From an uncultured virus (IMG/VR IMGVR_UViG_2061766007_000472) (lineage: Duplodnaviria > Heunggongvirae > Uroviricota > Caudoviricetes): 64,000 nucleotides of DNA. A program made the translations under genes and the position numbers. This document shows, in pieces, positions 54,630-64,000 of this stretch (position 1 is the stretch's first letter; the number at the start of each line of letters is the position of its first letter). The stretch lies in IMG/VR virus record IMGVR_UViG_2061766007_000472. One strand, written 5' to 3'. Under the pieces are notes generated by a model. It was not told where the DNA came from and did no database searches. It saw only the letters and a program-made list of their open reading frames with translations.

Positions 54630-55199
54630 ATGGACATTTCCAAGGATATAGAAAAACTCGAAAAAGAGTACGTTTCCGAGAAAAATAGAGAAGAGAAAAA
54701 ACTAAAGACTCTTCTCAACAAGAAGTTTCTCAGGAAGATTACCTCTCTAAAGAACAAATGTTTCCAGTGCAATCTGAACGATAGCTTTGGATATGTGCTC
54801 AACAAGAAAACCAATACCGTCAAGCGCGTCTGGGACAAAAATGCACATGGATGCAAAAAATGGAACGAGAAAAAGAACTGGATTTACGTAAGTGTCGAAA
54901 GCTACAAAAGCAGACAGGTTTCAACTGATTGCGGTTGGGGCGATTACGATGAATACGCGATGTTCCATGTCAAGGAATATTTCAGGGTATGCCCGAACTG
55001 CGGACTGATGTATAAGATTGCAGAGGATATACTCGGAGAAAGTTCAAGATGGTGCAGATGTTCCGATGATGCTGATATTCAAATGGTCAAGGCATTCATT
55101 CCAGTTGGATTCGACAATGAAAACGGAATAGTCAAATTCGAGAAACCGCCAATGGGACTTATCAAAAAATGGAAAAATACAACTTCTTTCCAAAAGTGA
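54630..55199 (+). CDS. hypothetical Cys-containing protein
   Basis: ORF with CPNC motif. Confidence 0.45.
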   Translation: MDISKDIEKLEKEYVSEKNREEKKLKTLLNKKFLRKITSLKNKCFQCNLNDSFGYVLNKKTNTVKRVWDKNAHGCKKWNEKKNWIYVSVESYKSRQVSTDCGWGDYDEYAMFHVKEYFRVCPNCGLMYKIAEDILGESSRWCRCSDDADIQMVKAFIPVGFDNENGIVKFEKPPMGLIKKWKNTTSFQK

Positions 55200-55792
55200 A
55201 CAGAAAGACGAGGGTCGGATTGTTCGGTGGAACCTTCGACCCCTGGACAAGGGCGCATCAGGCAATAGTTGACGAAGTCCTGAAAAACGACCTCGTCGAT
55301 TTCGTCGTCATTCTCCCAACCATAGTCGACTACCACAGGCCAGGAAAGGATAAGTGGCTTTCAGACACCGAGAAATTCAAGGTGATTTACGGATTTCTTA
55401 CAAAAAGTCCATACCAGGACAAAATCATGATGGATTTCCAGGAAGTCAGGATGAAAAACTCGGGGAGGATGTCGGAGAAAGAGGCCTCGGAGTGGAGATT
55501 CATCAATACAGTCGAAAGATGTCAAAATCTTTACATTGGATGTGAACTTTACGCAATAATAGGAACAGACTCGCTTAAGAACTTCAAGACATGGCACAGA
55601 TGGGAGGATATTCTGTCTAAGTGCAAGATTATCGCAGTGGAAGGAAGGGACGGGGAGAACGTCGAAACAGATATCGATTATGTTCCAGTCAGGATACCAG
55701 ACGAGTATTCTGGAATCTCCTCGTCTGGCATTCGGAAGAAATTCAAGACCTTAGAAGAATACATGGACAGCGAATTTGGAAAAACAAAATGA
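55169..55792 (+). CDS. nadD: nicotinate-nucleotide adenylyltransferase
   Basis: GLFGGTFDPWTRAH, IIGTDS...WHRWE, ISSSGIR. Confidence 0.88.
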   Translation: MEKYNFFPKVNRKTRVGLFGGTFDPWTRAHQAIVDEVLKNDLVDFVVILPTIVDYHRPGKDKWLSDTEKFKVIYGFLTKSPYQDKIMMDFQEVRMKNSGRMSEKEASEWRFINTVERCQNLYIGCELYAIIGTDSLKNFKTWHRWEDILSKCKIIAVEGRDGENVETDIDYVPVRIPDEYSGISSSGIRKKFKTLEEYMDSEFGKTK

Positions 55793-56613
55793 GAGAGAAC
55801 GAATACGACGGAAAGACAATCTTCGACTTGGTTTCGGAGAACTGGATTGGGTGGACGAAGCACAATTCAATAAACCCAACATGCAAATGGGTTATCGCGG
55901 TAAGCGGGGGAAAGGACAGCTCGGTCACGGCTGCCCTCGCAGCCAAGATTTTCGGAAAGGACAACGTGATTGGCCTTACCCTTCCGTGTGACGGACAGAA
56001 AGACTTCAACTGTTCGATGAAGTTGATAGAACATCTCGGCATAAGGCACGTCAACATCGACATTGGAGATGCGGTTTACGGAATACTCTCTGGAATAGAG
56101 AACAATTCCATAACCCCCTCGTACGACACAAAAACCAACCTTCCAGCGAGAATAAGGATGGCTGTAACATACGCCGTTGCGCAGAGCGTAGACGGAATCG
56201 TACTTAATACTGCCAATCTAACGGAATCCGTCCTCGGGTACTGCACCCTTTTCGGAGACGACTGTGGAAGCTACGCTCCCCTGAAGGGTCTTACGGTCAC
56301 AGAGGTAATACGGCTCNNNNNNNNNNNNNNNNNNNNNNNNNNNNNNNNNATAGACGGACTTCAGCCTCTCTCGGACGAAGAGAAGCTCGGAATGAAATAT
56401 TCCGAAATAGATGACTTCATAAGGTTTAACGAAGGAACAGACGAACTCAAGGAGAGAGTCGTCTCCATGTACAAAAAGAACAAATTCAAGACCGACATAA
56501 TAGACGTTCCTGGACCATCGTTCTCATGGCTCGGAAACTACTACAAAAAAGATGACAACNNNNNNNNNNNNNNNNNNNNNNNNNNNNGCAACCAAAACAG
56601 GGAATTAAAATGA
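55789..56613 (+). CDS. nadE: NH3-dependent NAD+ synthetase
   Basis: AVSGGKDSS, NLPARIRM, TANLTE..LGY.TLFGD, DEEKLG. Confidence 0.92.
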   Translation: MRENEYDGKTIFDLVSENWIGWTKHNSINPTCKWVIAVSGGKDSSVTAALAAKIFGKDNVIGLTLPCDGQKDFNCSMKLIEHLGIRHVNIDIGDAVYGILSGIENNSITPSYDTKTNLPARIRMAVTYAVAQSVDGIVLNTANLTESVLGYCTLFGDDCGSYAPLKGLTVTEVIRLXXXXXXXXXXXIDGLQPLSDEEKLGMKYSEIDDFIRFNEGTDELKERVVSMYKKNKFKTDIIDVPGPSFSWLGNYYKKDDNXXXXXXXXXXNQNRELK

Positions 56614-57111
56614 AAATTCTAATTTGCGTCGACGTACAGAACGATTTCATAGACGGTCCGCTTGGTGTCGACAAAAACAGGACAGTGACAGACAGGATTG
56701 TCAAGTACGCGGAATCCTTTAAGTCGGAAGGTGGAATAATATACGCCACGAAGGACACACACTACGACAATTACCTGAATACGTTTGAAGGCAAGAACCT
56801 TCCAGTCGTTCACTGCGTGGAGTTCACGAATGGATGGAACATTCCAGAACGTCTCGCGGACACAGNNNNNNNNNNNNNNNNNNNNNNNNNNNNNNNNNNN
56901 GAGAATCGACGAAATCGAGCTTTGCGGTTTCTGCACTTCGATTTGTGTAATCTCCAACGCTCTTCTTTTGCGGGCAAAGCTCCCAGACAAGAAAATTTCC
57001 ATTATCGAGAACTTATGCGCAGACATCGATGACGAAAGCCACAGTGCAGCTTTGAAAGTCGCAAAGAACTGCCAGATAGAAGTAAAGAGCTGGAATCCAG
57101 CTTCGGTATAA
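56610..57111 (+). CDS. pncA: nicotinamidase
   Basis: VDVQNDFIDG, TKDTH, HCVE.T.GW, CGFCTSICV. Confidence 0.85.
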
Positions 57112-57222
57112 TATTCAAGGAATTCAAGGCAAAGGACGTTCCTATCAGGCTCTAATTAGTCATCCATATACGTNNNNNNNNNNNNNNNNNNNNNNNNNNN
57201 NNNNNNNNNNNNNNNNNNNNNN

Positions 57223-59026
57223 CTGACAGAATACTTCCACAAGGGAATCGTTAGCGACGAGCTCAAGAAGATTGACTTCGCTGCCCTCAATTCAAAGGCC
57301 GTTCTCTTTGGATACGTCATCCACCCAGACTGTTGCAACGAGGCCGTAGACAAATGGCTCAACACGCTTCCGCTTGACTACAATTCAACTTTCTACAAGG
57401 AGTGGGACGACGTTCTGTCAAAGAGCAGGTTTGAACTGTTCGTTGACCAGATAATGCACTACGCTACCACGTATGGAACAGACTTTTCGCTCGGGAATGG
57501 ATATGTTCCCAATGACGGTGGAACCGNNNNNNNNNNNNNNNNNNNNNNNNNNNNNNNNNNNNNNNNNGTACGATAAGTGCATAGGAATCCTCAATTCTGG
57601 AATCGCGTTGAAGGAGACAACTGGAAACGTATTTGCAAATTTCGTGGAATTTTTCGCAAAGAAAACAGGATTTGACGAATCCACTATCATTTCAATGTTA
57701 ACCGACATCAGGGACAAGGAGGTCCAGGCAAAACTTTCTCTCAGGTTCGGGCTCCTTCCTAATGATGAATTCGGAATCCTCAGGTGTCTTATGTATAAGT
57801 ATACTGGGTCTTCCCTTCTCATAAAGAGCAGGGATATGATAAGGAATATCAAGACACTTGCAAATAAGATGTCCTACATCTCCGAACTGAAGGACGAGCA
57901 GATTTCCATCCTGTCCAGGATTTTCTACAGGTTCAAACCTCTTTTCGTGGCGATGAAGAATCCAAAAACAGCACATGTGGTGAACAAGCTACGCAGACTT
58001 GCGAAGAAAAACCACAGACCGTTCAGCATCGGGTTCTGGGAAAACATAATTTCTACAAAGCATTCCATCGAGGATGTGTGCAATCGTTTGAAGGAACTCG
58101 ATAATTTCAGGAAAGTCAGACTCCTCATGATAATCAGGGAGAGAATCATGTTCGAGACAAAATCTGGCGTCTTTAAGATTAGGAACGGGAAGATGTTCGT
58201 AAGGGAGGAATACTCCCCTAAATACGACTTGAACTGGCTAGGTGAACTGTTTCTTCTAATCAAGACATCCCTTGTCAACAGCTTGAAGAAGAAGGCGTGT
58301 TCAGTCAGGATTCCGAAGAACTTGAGCATCGCACTCCCGACATCTGAAAAGGATTTCGTGGGGAACTTCCCGTTCGGAAGCTCATTCAAGATGAGCGAAA
58401 ACAATGTCGTCGGAGTTTACTGGAGAAACGAGTGGAATACGAGAGACTACGACCTCAGCATGATTGACATGCATGGAAGGCTCCTTTCATGGAGGGGGAA
58501 CTACTATAACCAGGACAAATCACTTGTATTCTCTGGGGACATGACCAATGCTGAACCAGAGGCGTCGGAGATGTTCTTTATCAAGAACTCCGCCCCAGAT
58601 TCGATAATCAAGCTAAACAAGTTCAACGGTAATGACGATTCGAAATTCAGGTTCTTTTACGCAAACGAGATTCCAGAAGATTATAACAACCTTATGAACT
58701 ACATGGTAGACCCAAACAACATCAAGTTCGACGCCATGATTCCATTTGAAGGAAAGGGCGAGAAGACAATCGGAGTCATATTCGACAACGAGTTCTACTT
58801 CATGGATTTCGGTTCTGGAAGGAGCATCGTGTCAAACTCTGGAAAGTACGTGAACACGGTAATAGATTCCATGAAAAGGAAAGCCAAGTGCTTCATTGGA
58901 ATAAATGAAATCCTGAAAGAGGCTGGATTTTCCGTATATGATGAAGATTCAGAGAACTACGTAGAAATAGACTTCACGAATCTCGAGAAAGATACGTTGA
59001 TTAACCTTCTTTCAAACGAGGGTTGA
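57223..59026 (+). CDS. large hypothetical protein with a TerD-like C-terminal domain (start in gap)
   Basis: GVYW...DYDLS...FSGDMTNA...ASE pattern. Confidence 0.45.
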
Positions 59027-59027
59027 T

Positions 59028-60210
59028 ATGTCAAAAGACTATTATGGAATCCTCGGAGTGGAGAAATCTGCCTCCGAGGATGAACTAAAAAAGGCCTACA
59101 GGTCTTTAAGCAAGAAGTACCATCCAGACCTCCAACAGGGAAAGACAGACTCCGAGAAGAAAGATGCCGAAGAGAAGTTCAAGGAAATAAACGAGGCTTA
59201 TTCCGTACTCGGAGACCAGGAGAAGAGGAAGCAGTACGACACGTTCGGCACAGCCGAACCAGGAGGAGCGGGTTNNNNNNNNNNNNNNNCGATGGACTTT
59301 TTTCGTTCTCACTTTAGTTCTGCTTTTGGTGATTTCGGCTTCGGTTTTGGTGGCCGTCATTTCGGCGGTGGCAGGAAAAGTGACCCGAATGCTCCTAAAG
59401 ACGGCAAGGACGTTGAAATCGGCCTCAAAATATCTTTTGAGGAGGCTCTTTTCGGTACGACGAGGGAGTTCGACATAAAGTTCAACGAACGCTGCGAACA
59501 CTGCAAGGGAACTGGTTCAGACGACGGACAGGAGAAGTCATGTGACATGTGCGGAGGAACTGGAATGACGACTCAGCGCATAATGGCGAATTTCATCCAA
59601 AGCACGACATGCCCGAAATGCCACGGGCGCGGTTCGATGCCGACAACTCTATGCCATGTGTGCAATGGAACTGGAAAGTCTCCAGCCAACCACCACATAA
59701 ACATCCACATTCCGTACGGCGTGGATACTGGTGCACATCTTAGGGTCCCGAACGAAGGAGAGCATGGAATCAACGGTGGAACGAACGGAGACCTGTACAT
59801 AACCCTTGAGGTCGAGCAGAGCGAACTTTTTGAAAGAATAGGGACAGACCTTCACGTAAACGTATTCATTCCATCCGTCGGAGTGGGAATACTGGAAACA
59901 GTGGAAGTTCCAACTCCCTACGGGAAGAAGACGATAAAGATTCCAAACAAGATAGACAAGGACGGGATTTTCAGGACCAAGATTCCAAATTGTGGAATGA
60001 AGAGGTCGGTTTATGGGAGAGATAATTTCGGAAATCTTTTCGTCAACATAATACCAGAGCCAATTTTAAACCTTAAGGACTCACAGAGAAAGCTCTGCAA
60101 AAAGCTTCTCGATTCAATAGATTCGTCAAACAAATCTGAAGCTAGAAAAAACCTTGAAAAATGCGTTAAGAAGTTCGAGGACGAGAAGAAAAGGCTCGGC
60201 GGGNNNNNNN
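59028..60210 (+). CDS. dnaJ: chaperone DnaJ (stop in gap)
   Basis: DYY.ILGV, HPD, G/F region, four CxxCxGxG repeats. Confidence 0.95.
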
Positions 60211-60291
60211 NNNNNNNNNNNNNNNNNNNNNNNNNNNNNNNNNNNNNNNNNNNNNNNNNNNNNNNNNNNNNNNNNNNNNNNNNNNNNNNNN

Positions 60292-61298
60292 TAAAGATAT
60301 GAATAAAAGATAGAAATCAATTATAGTTACATGCTCAAATTGTGGAGAAAATGTAAAAAAATATGTATCTCAGATAAGGTCAGGACAAAAGTTTTTTTAT
60401 TGTTCAAATTAGTGTAGGGCCGANNNNNNNNNNNNNNNNNNNNNNNNNNNNNNNNNNNNNNNNNNNACAGAACCAAAGTAAAATTATGCATGAAAGATTT
60501 AAAGACCCAATTGCAAGATATAAAGCTGGTTCTTCTAATAGAAATAAAAAATTACCAAAAACAAGTCAAAAATTAAAAGNNNNNNNNNNNNNNNNNNNNN
60601 NNNNNNNNNNNNNNNNNNNNNNNNNNNNNNNNNNNNNNNNNNNNNNNNNNNNNNNNNNNNNNNNNNNNNNNNNNNNNNNNNNNNNNNNNNNNNNNNNNNN
60701 NNNNNNNNNNNNNNNNNNNNNNNNNNNNNNNNNNNNNNNNNNNNNNNNNNNNNNNNNNNNNNNNNNNNNNNNNNNNNNNNNNNNNNNNNNNNNNNNNNNN
60801 NNNNNNNNNNNNNNNNNNNNNNNNNNNNNNNNNNNNNNNNNNNNNNNNNNNNNNNNNNNNNNNNNNNNNNNNNNNNNNNNNNNNNNNNNNNNNNNNNNNN
60901 NNNNNNNNNNNNNNNNNNNNNNNNNNNNNNNNNNNNNNNNNNNNNNNNNNNNNNNNNNNNNNNNNNNNNNNNNNNNNNNNNNNNNNNNNNNNNNNNNNNN
61001 NNNNNNNNNNNNNNNNNNNNNNNNNNNNNNNNNNNNNNNNNNNNNNNNNNNNNNNNNNNNNNNNNNNNNNNNNNNNNNNNNNNNNNNNNNNNNNNNNNNN
61101 NNNNNNNNNNNNNNNNNNNNNNNNNNNNNNNNNNNNNNNNNNNNNNNNNNNNNNNNNNNNNNNNNNNNNNNNNNNNNNNNNNNNNNCGATAGAATAATAA
61201 CATATTCTGGAAAATGGTATGAATAGGAATTGGTTTGTAAGTTAATAGAAGATTATAAAAACGGTCTTAGGTGGAGGAATCCTTTTAAAAATGAGTAA
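60292..61298 (+). CDS. AT-rich gene fragment, possible homing endonuclease (mostly N)
   Basis: AT-rich basic fragments; reading through TAG 61224 extends the frame to a TAA overlapping the next start. Confidence 0.3.
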
Positions 61299-61863
61299 AA
61301 GATTTTTTAGTTCTGATTTTCATTTCAATTCCTGCTGCCTAATTGACAAGCACCTCCGTCCGTTCAAGTCTGTCGAGAGGATGAACGAAGTATTGATAAA
61401 GAACATCAACCAGCGCTGCTCTGAAGAGGACATCCTTATCCACCTTGGTGACTTCATCCAGTACGGAAAGGACAGGAAATGGCCTGGAATGAAGACGAAG
61501 CCATACGAGTTCATAAAGCAGATTAGGCCAATGTTCACGAACGTAGAGGGAAATCACGACTCGCACAACAACATGAAGTCGGCGTGCAGCTACATGAGAA
61601 CGTACCTTGGCAAGAAGTATCCAGTCTCCATGAGCCACTATCCCTCGAACAACCCGCTCGCACGGGGGACGTTCAGGAAGGGGGACGTTCATCTGTGCGG
61701 TCACGTACACGGAGCGTGGAAGTACCTAATCGACTTCGACAACAAGGTATTGAACATCAACGTCGGAGTGGACGTTTGGAAGTACAATCCAGTAAGCGAA
61801 ACGGAACTCATCGAGTACATAGACTCTATAATGAAGTCAAATGCTGGAATACCCAGAAAATGA
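61291..61863 (+). CDS. calcineurin-like metallophosphoesterase
   Basis: SDFHF, HLGD, EGNHD, SHYP, CGHVH, NVGVD. Confidence 0.85.
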   Translation: MSKRFFSSDFHFNSCCLIDKHLRPFKSVERMNEVLIKNINQRCSEEDILIHLGDFIQYGKDRKWPGMKTKPYEFIKQIRPMFTNVEGNHDSHNNMKSACSYMRTYLGKKYPVSMSHYPSNNPLARGTFRKGDVHLCGHVHGAWKYLIDFDNKVLNINVGVDVWKYNPVSETELIEYIDSIMKSNAGIPRK

Positions 61864-61915
61864 CGTATAATATTTATTACAGGGAACAGAATTCAAAACA
61901 TTCAAGAGATACGAA

Positions 61916-62194
61916 ATGTCTGAAATCGAAGTCAACTCGGACGACAAGCCCGAAAGCGGAAACGGATACCAAATCACCGTTGTAAACATAAAATACGGAA
62001 ACGCGTTGTCGAAGCGTATCAAGGACAGGCCAGAAATGGTCGTCTTGGACCTTCCAGACGCATTGCTTAAATCAAGGGACAAAAACGAGGAAAAGTTCTT
62101 GGATTCGGTGGAGGCATTTGCCTACAACACCGTGTCGAGGAAATACGGAGCCGAAGTATCATATTGCCAGGTATACCTTCCGCTGGAAGGCTAA
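61916..62194 (+). CDS. hypothetical protein
   Basis: Downstream of GTATAATAT at 61865. Confidence 0.5.
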   Translation: MSEIEVNSDDKPESGNGYQITVVNIKYGNALSKRIKDRPEMVVLDLPDALLKSRDKNEEKFLDSVEAFAYNTVSRKYGAEVSYCQVYLPLEG

Positions 62195-62277
62195 GNNNNN
62201 NNNNNNNNNNNNNNNNNNNNNNNNNNNNNNNNNNNNNNNNNNNNNNNNNNNNNNNNNNNNNNNNNNNNNNNNNNNNN

Positions 62278-63902
62278 ACTGTTCCAAAATACATTTTTCT
62301 ATTGTTCTGTCATAGAACTCAAGCCAAGGTCTTGATAATACTTTGTAACTTTTCTACTTGAGTCATTTGTTATTTTTAACATTTGTCCGAGGTTCACGGC
62401 ATCTGTCTATTCAACCGCGTCAGCGACGTTTTTCACGTTCTACCCATACGCGTCTATATCTCCGTATTCTACTACATATATTGTTTTTGGATTGGTTTGT
62501 CTATCATAAACGAGTTGCTCGTATTCATTCTATGATATTTTCACGACCGAAAGGTCGTTATAACCATCAACCTACTATTCATAGTTATTTATGTATATCT
62601 TGTTGTCTACATTTACACTTATCGTGTTGTACACATCATCACTAATTGCAGATATGCACGAAGATAATCCAGACAGAGAAACAGATAGACTTCCGCTTAA
62701 TTCAGAAACCCTTTCATCGAATTTAGAGTCTATTCCGACACTTACGTCCTGAACCGTCCTAAGGTTTACAGCGTCCATAGGTCCATTTGAGTCGCCTAAA
62801 TTTATTATTCGTCTTCCATATGCGTTTAAAATTTCATAGTCAACAATATATATGGTTTTTGGATTTGTTTTCTCATTATATACAAGTTGTTCATATTCAT
62901 CCTGTGTTAACCTTATTACTGAAAGGTCTTCAAAACCTTCAATGCCTTCATGTCCGTTTAATATGTATATCTTGTTGTCAACTTTTACGCTTATGGTATT
63001 ATAAACATCATCACTTAGAGACTAAACACACGATGAAATATTTTCAACTGATAAAGTCAACGAAGATAAATCCGAAGAAATTGTTGAAATCTGAGATGAT
63101 ATGCATGAAATCGAATTTGACAATTCTCCGCTCAAAAACTTAAACTTTCTATTAACATCAGCTTCAATTTCAGAACTCATGGTTTTAAGAGTACCAAGAT
63201 TTACAGCGTCCATTTCAGACGAAGCCGTTCCGACGTTTGAGACTCTTTGACCATANNNNNNNNNNNNNNNNNNNNNNNNNNNNNNNNNNNNNNNNNNNNN
63301 NNNNNNNNNNNNNNNNNGAGAAGCCTTGCGTATTCATCCAGTCCAAGTTTTACAACCGAGAGGTCTGAATAATCACTCAATCCGCAATCTGGATTTATGA
63401 TGAATATTTTCTTGTCTATCTTATCTGATACGTCCGACAAATTACAGCTTAGACCAGAAAGCTGGGAACTAATAGACGATACACAGTCACTTAACCCAGA
63501 AATCTAAGAATCAATAGACGACAGACTGTCGCTAAAATCTGATATCTATGAGTTGATTAACGTAAAATAATCACTTAGGCCAGAAATCTGGGAATCAATG
63601 GATGAAAGATGGTCCCCCAAATCAGAAAGTTCCCCTCCCAATGTAGACAATAGATTTGACAATCCGTCGATGGCTATGTTTGAAAGTTTAGAATCTACTA
63701 TGATTCCCCCACTAATAATACCATCGCGAATAATCGCATTTTCCGAGTTTACAACTCCGCTCAACTCCNNNNNNNNNNNNAACTCACCAAAAAATTTGTT
63801 TTCCCTGTTGCAGAGAATAACCTTCTGAGGGGAATGCCTGTCTTTTGTATCGACGTTAATCGATTCCTTTACCGCTCGGTTATATGGGTTGAAAGTTGCC
63901 AT
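62278..63902 (-). CDS. tail fibre/adhesin-like protein with YadA-stalk-like DAVN repeats and many in-frame TAGs (3' end in gap)
   Basis: Three modules KI(Y/F)I..DLSV....EY..L...YG....N........DAVNL separated by Ser-rich coiled coils; one frame when TAG=Gln, apart from N gaps; GTAAATA at 63937-63943. Confidence 0.7.
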
Positions 63903-64000
63903 TATTCGGTCCTATTTCTTTATTATATTCTATGAGTATTTACAGCTTCCGAGACGTCCACCTCGTATAATATAATCATGCCTGGATGCAGTAGACAGAA

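Noticed and set aside
1..64000. CRISPR array, transposase, integrase, reverse transcriptase/DGR or rRNA
   Set aside because: No regularly spaced direct repeats or recognisable motifs seen by eye; content hidden in N gaps cannot be excluded.

Overview
A gap-riddled (many N runs) 64 kb segment of a large T4-like (jumbo/mega) myophage that reads TAG as glutamine (genetic code 15). The supplied standard-code ORF track therefore fragments many genes. The + strand carries replication/recombination genes (UvsY-, UvsW-, UvsX-, gp41-, gp61-, gp32-like, a clamp, a fused Mre11-Rad50), anaerobic RNR (nrdD/nrdG), chaperones (GroEL, Hsp20, GrpE, DnaK, DnaJ), an AT-rich glycosyltransferase/methyltransferase island and a complete four-enzyme NAD+ salvage cluster (pncB, nadD, nadE, pncA, plus a Nudix hydrolase). 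Virion-type genes (tail sheath, neck, tail terminator, tail fibre, spanin-like pair) mostly follow a GTAAATA motif and contain in-frame TAGs, while core + strand genes follow GTATAATAT and are largely TAG-free. The most striking observation is an amber-suppressor tRNA (anticodon CTA, 38596-38740) whose anticodon loop is interrupted between U33 and C34 by a 71-nt insert that itself folds as a CCA-ended tRNA mimic with no anticodon loop. This is a candidate 'tRNA-in-tRNA' intron that could gate the code switch. All protein calls come from motif recognition by eye; no searches were run, and boundaries next to N gaps are approximate.
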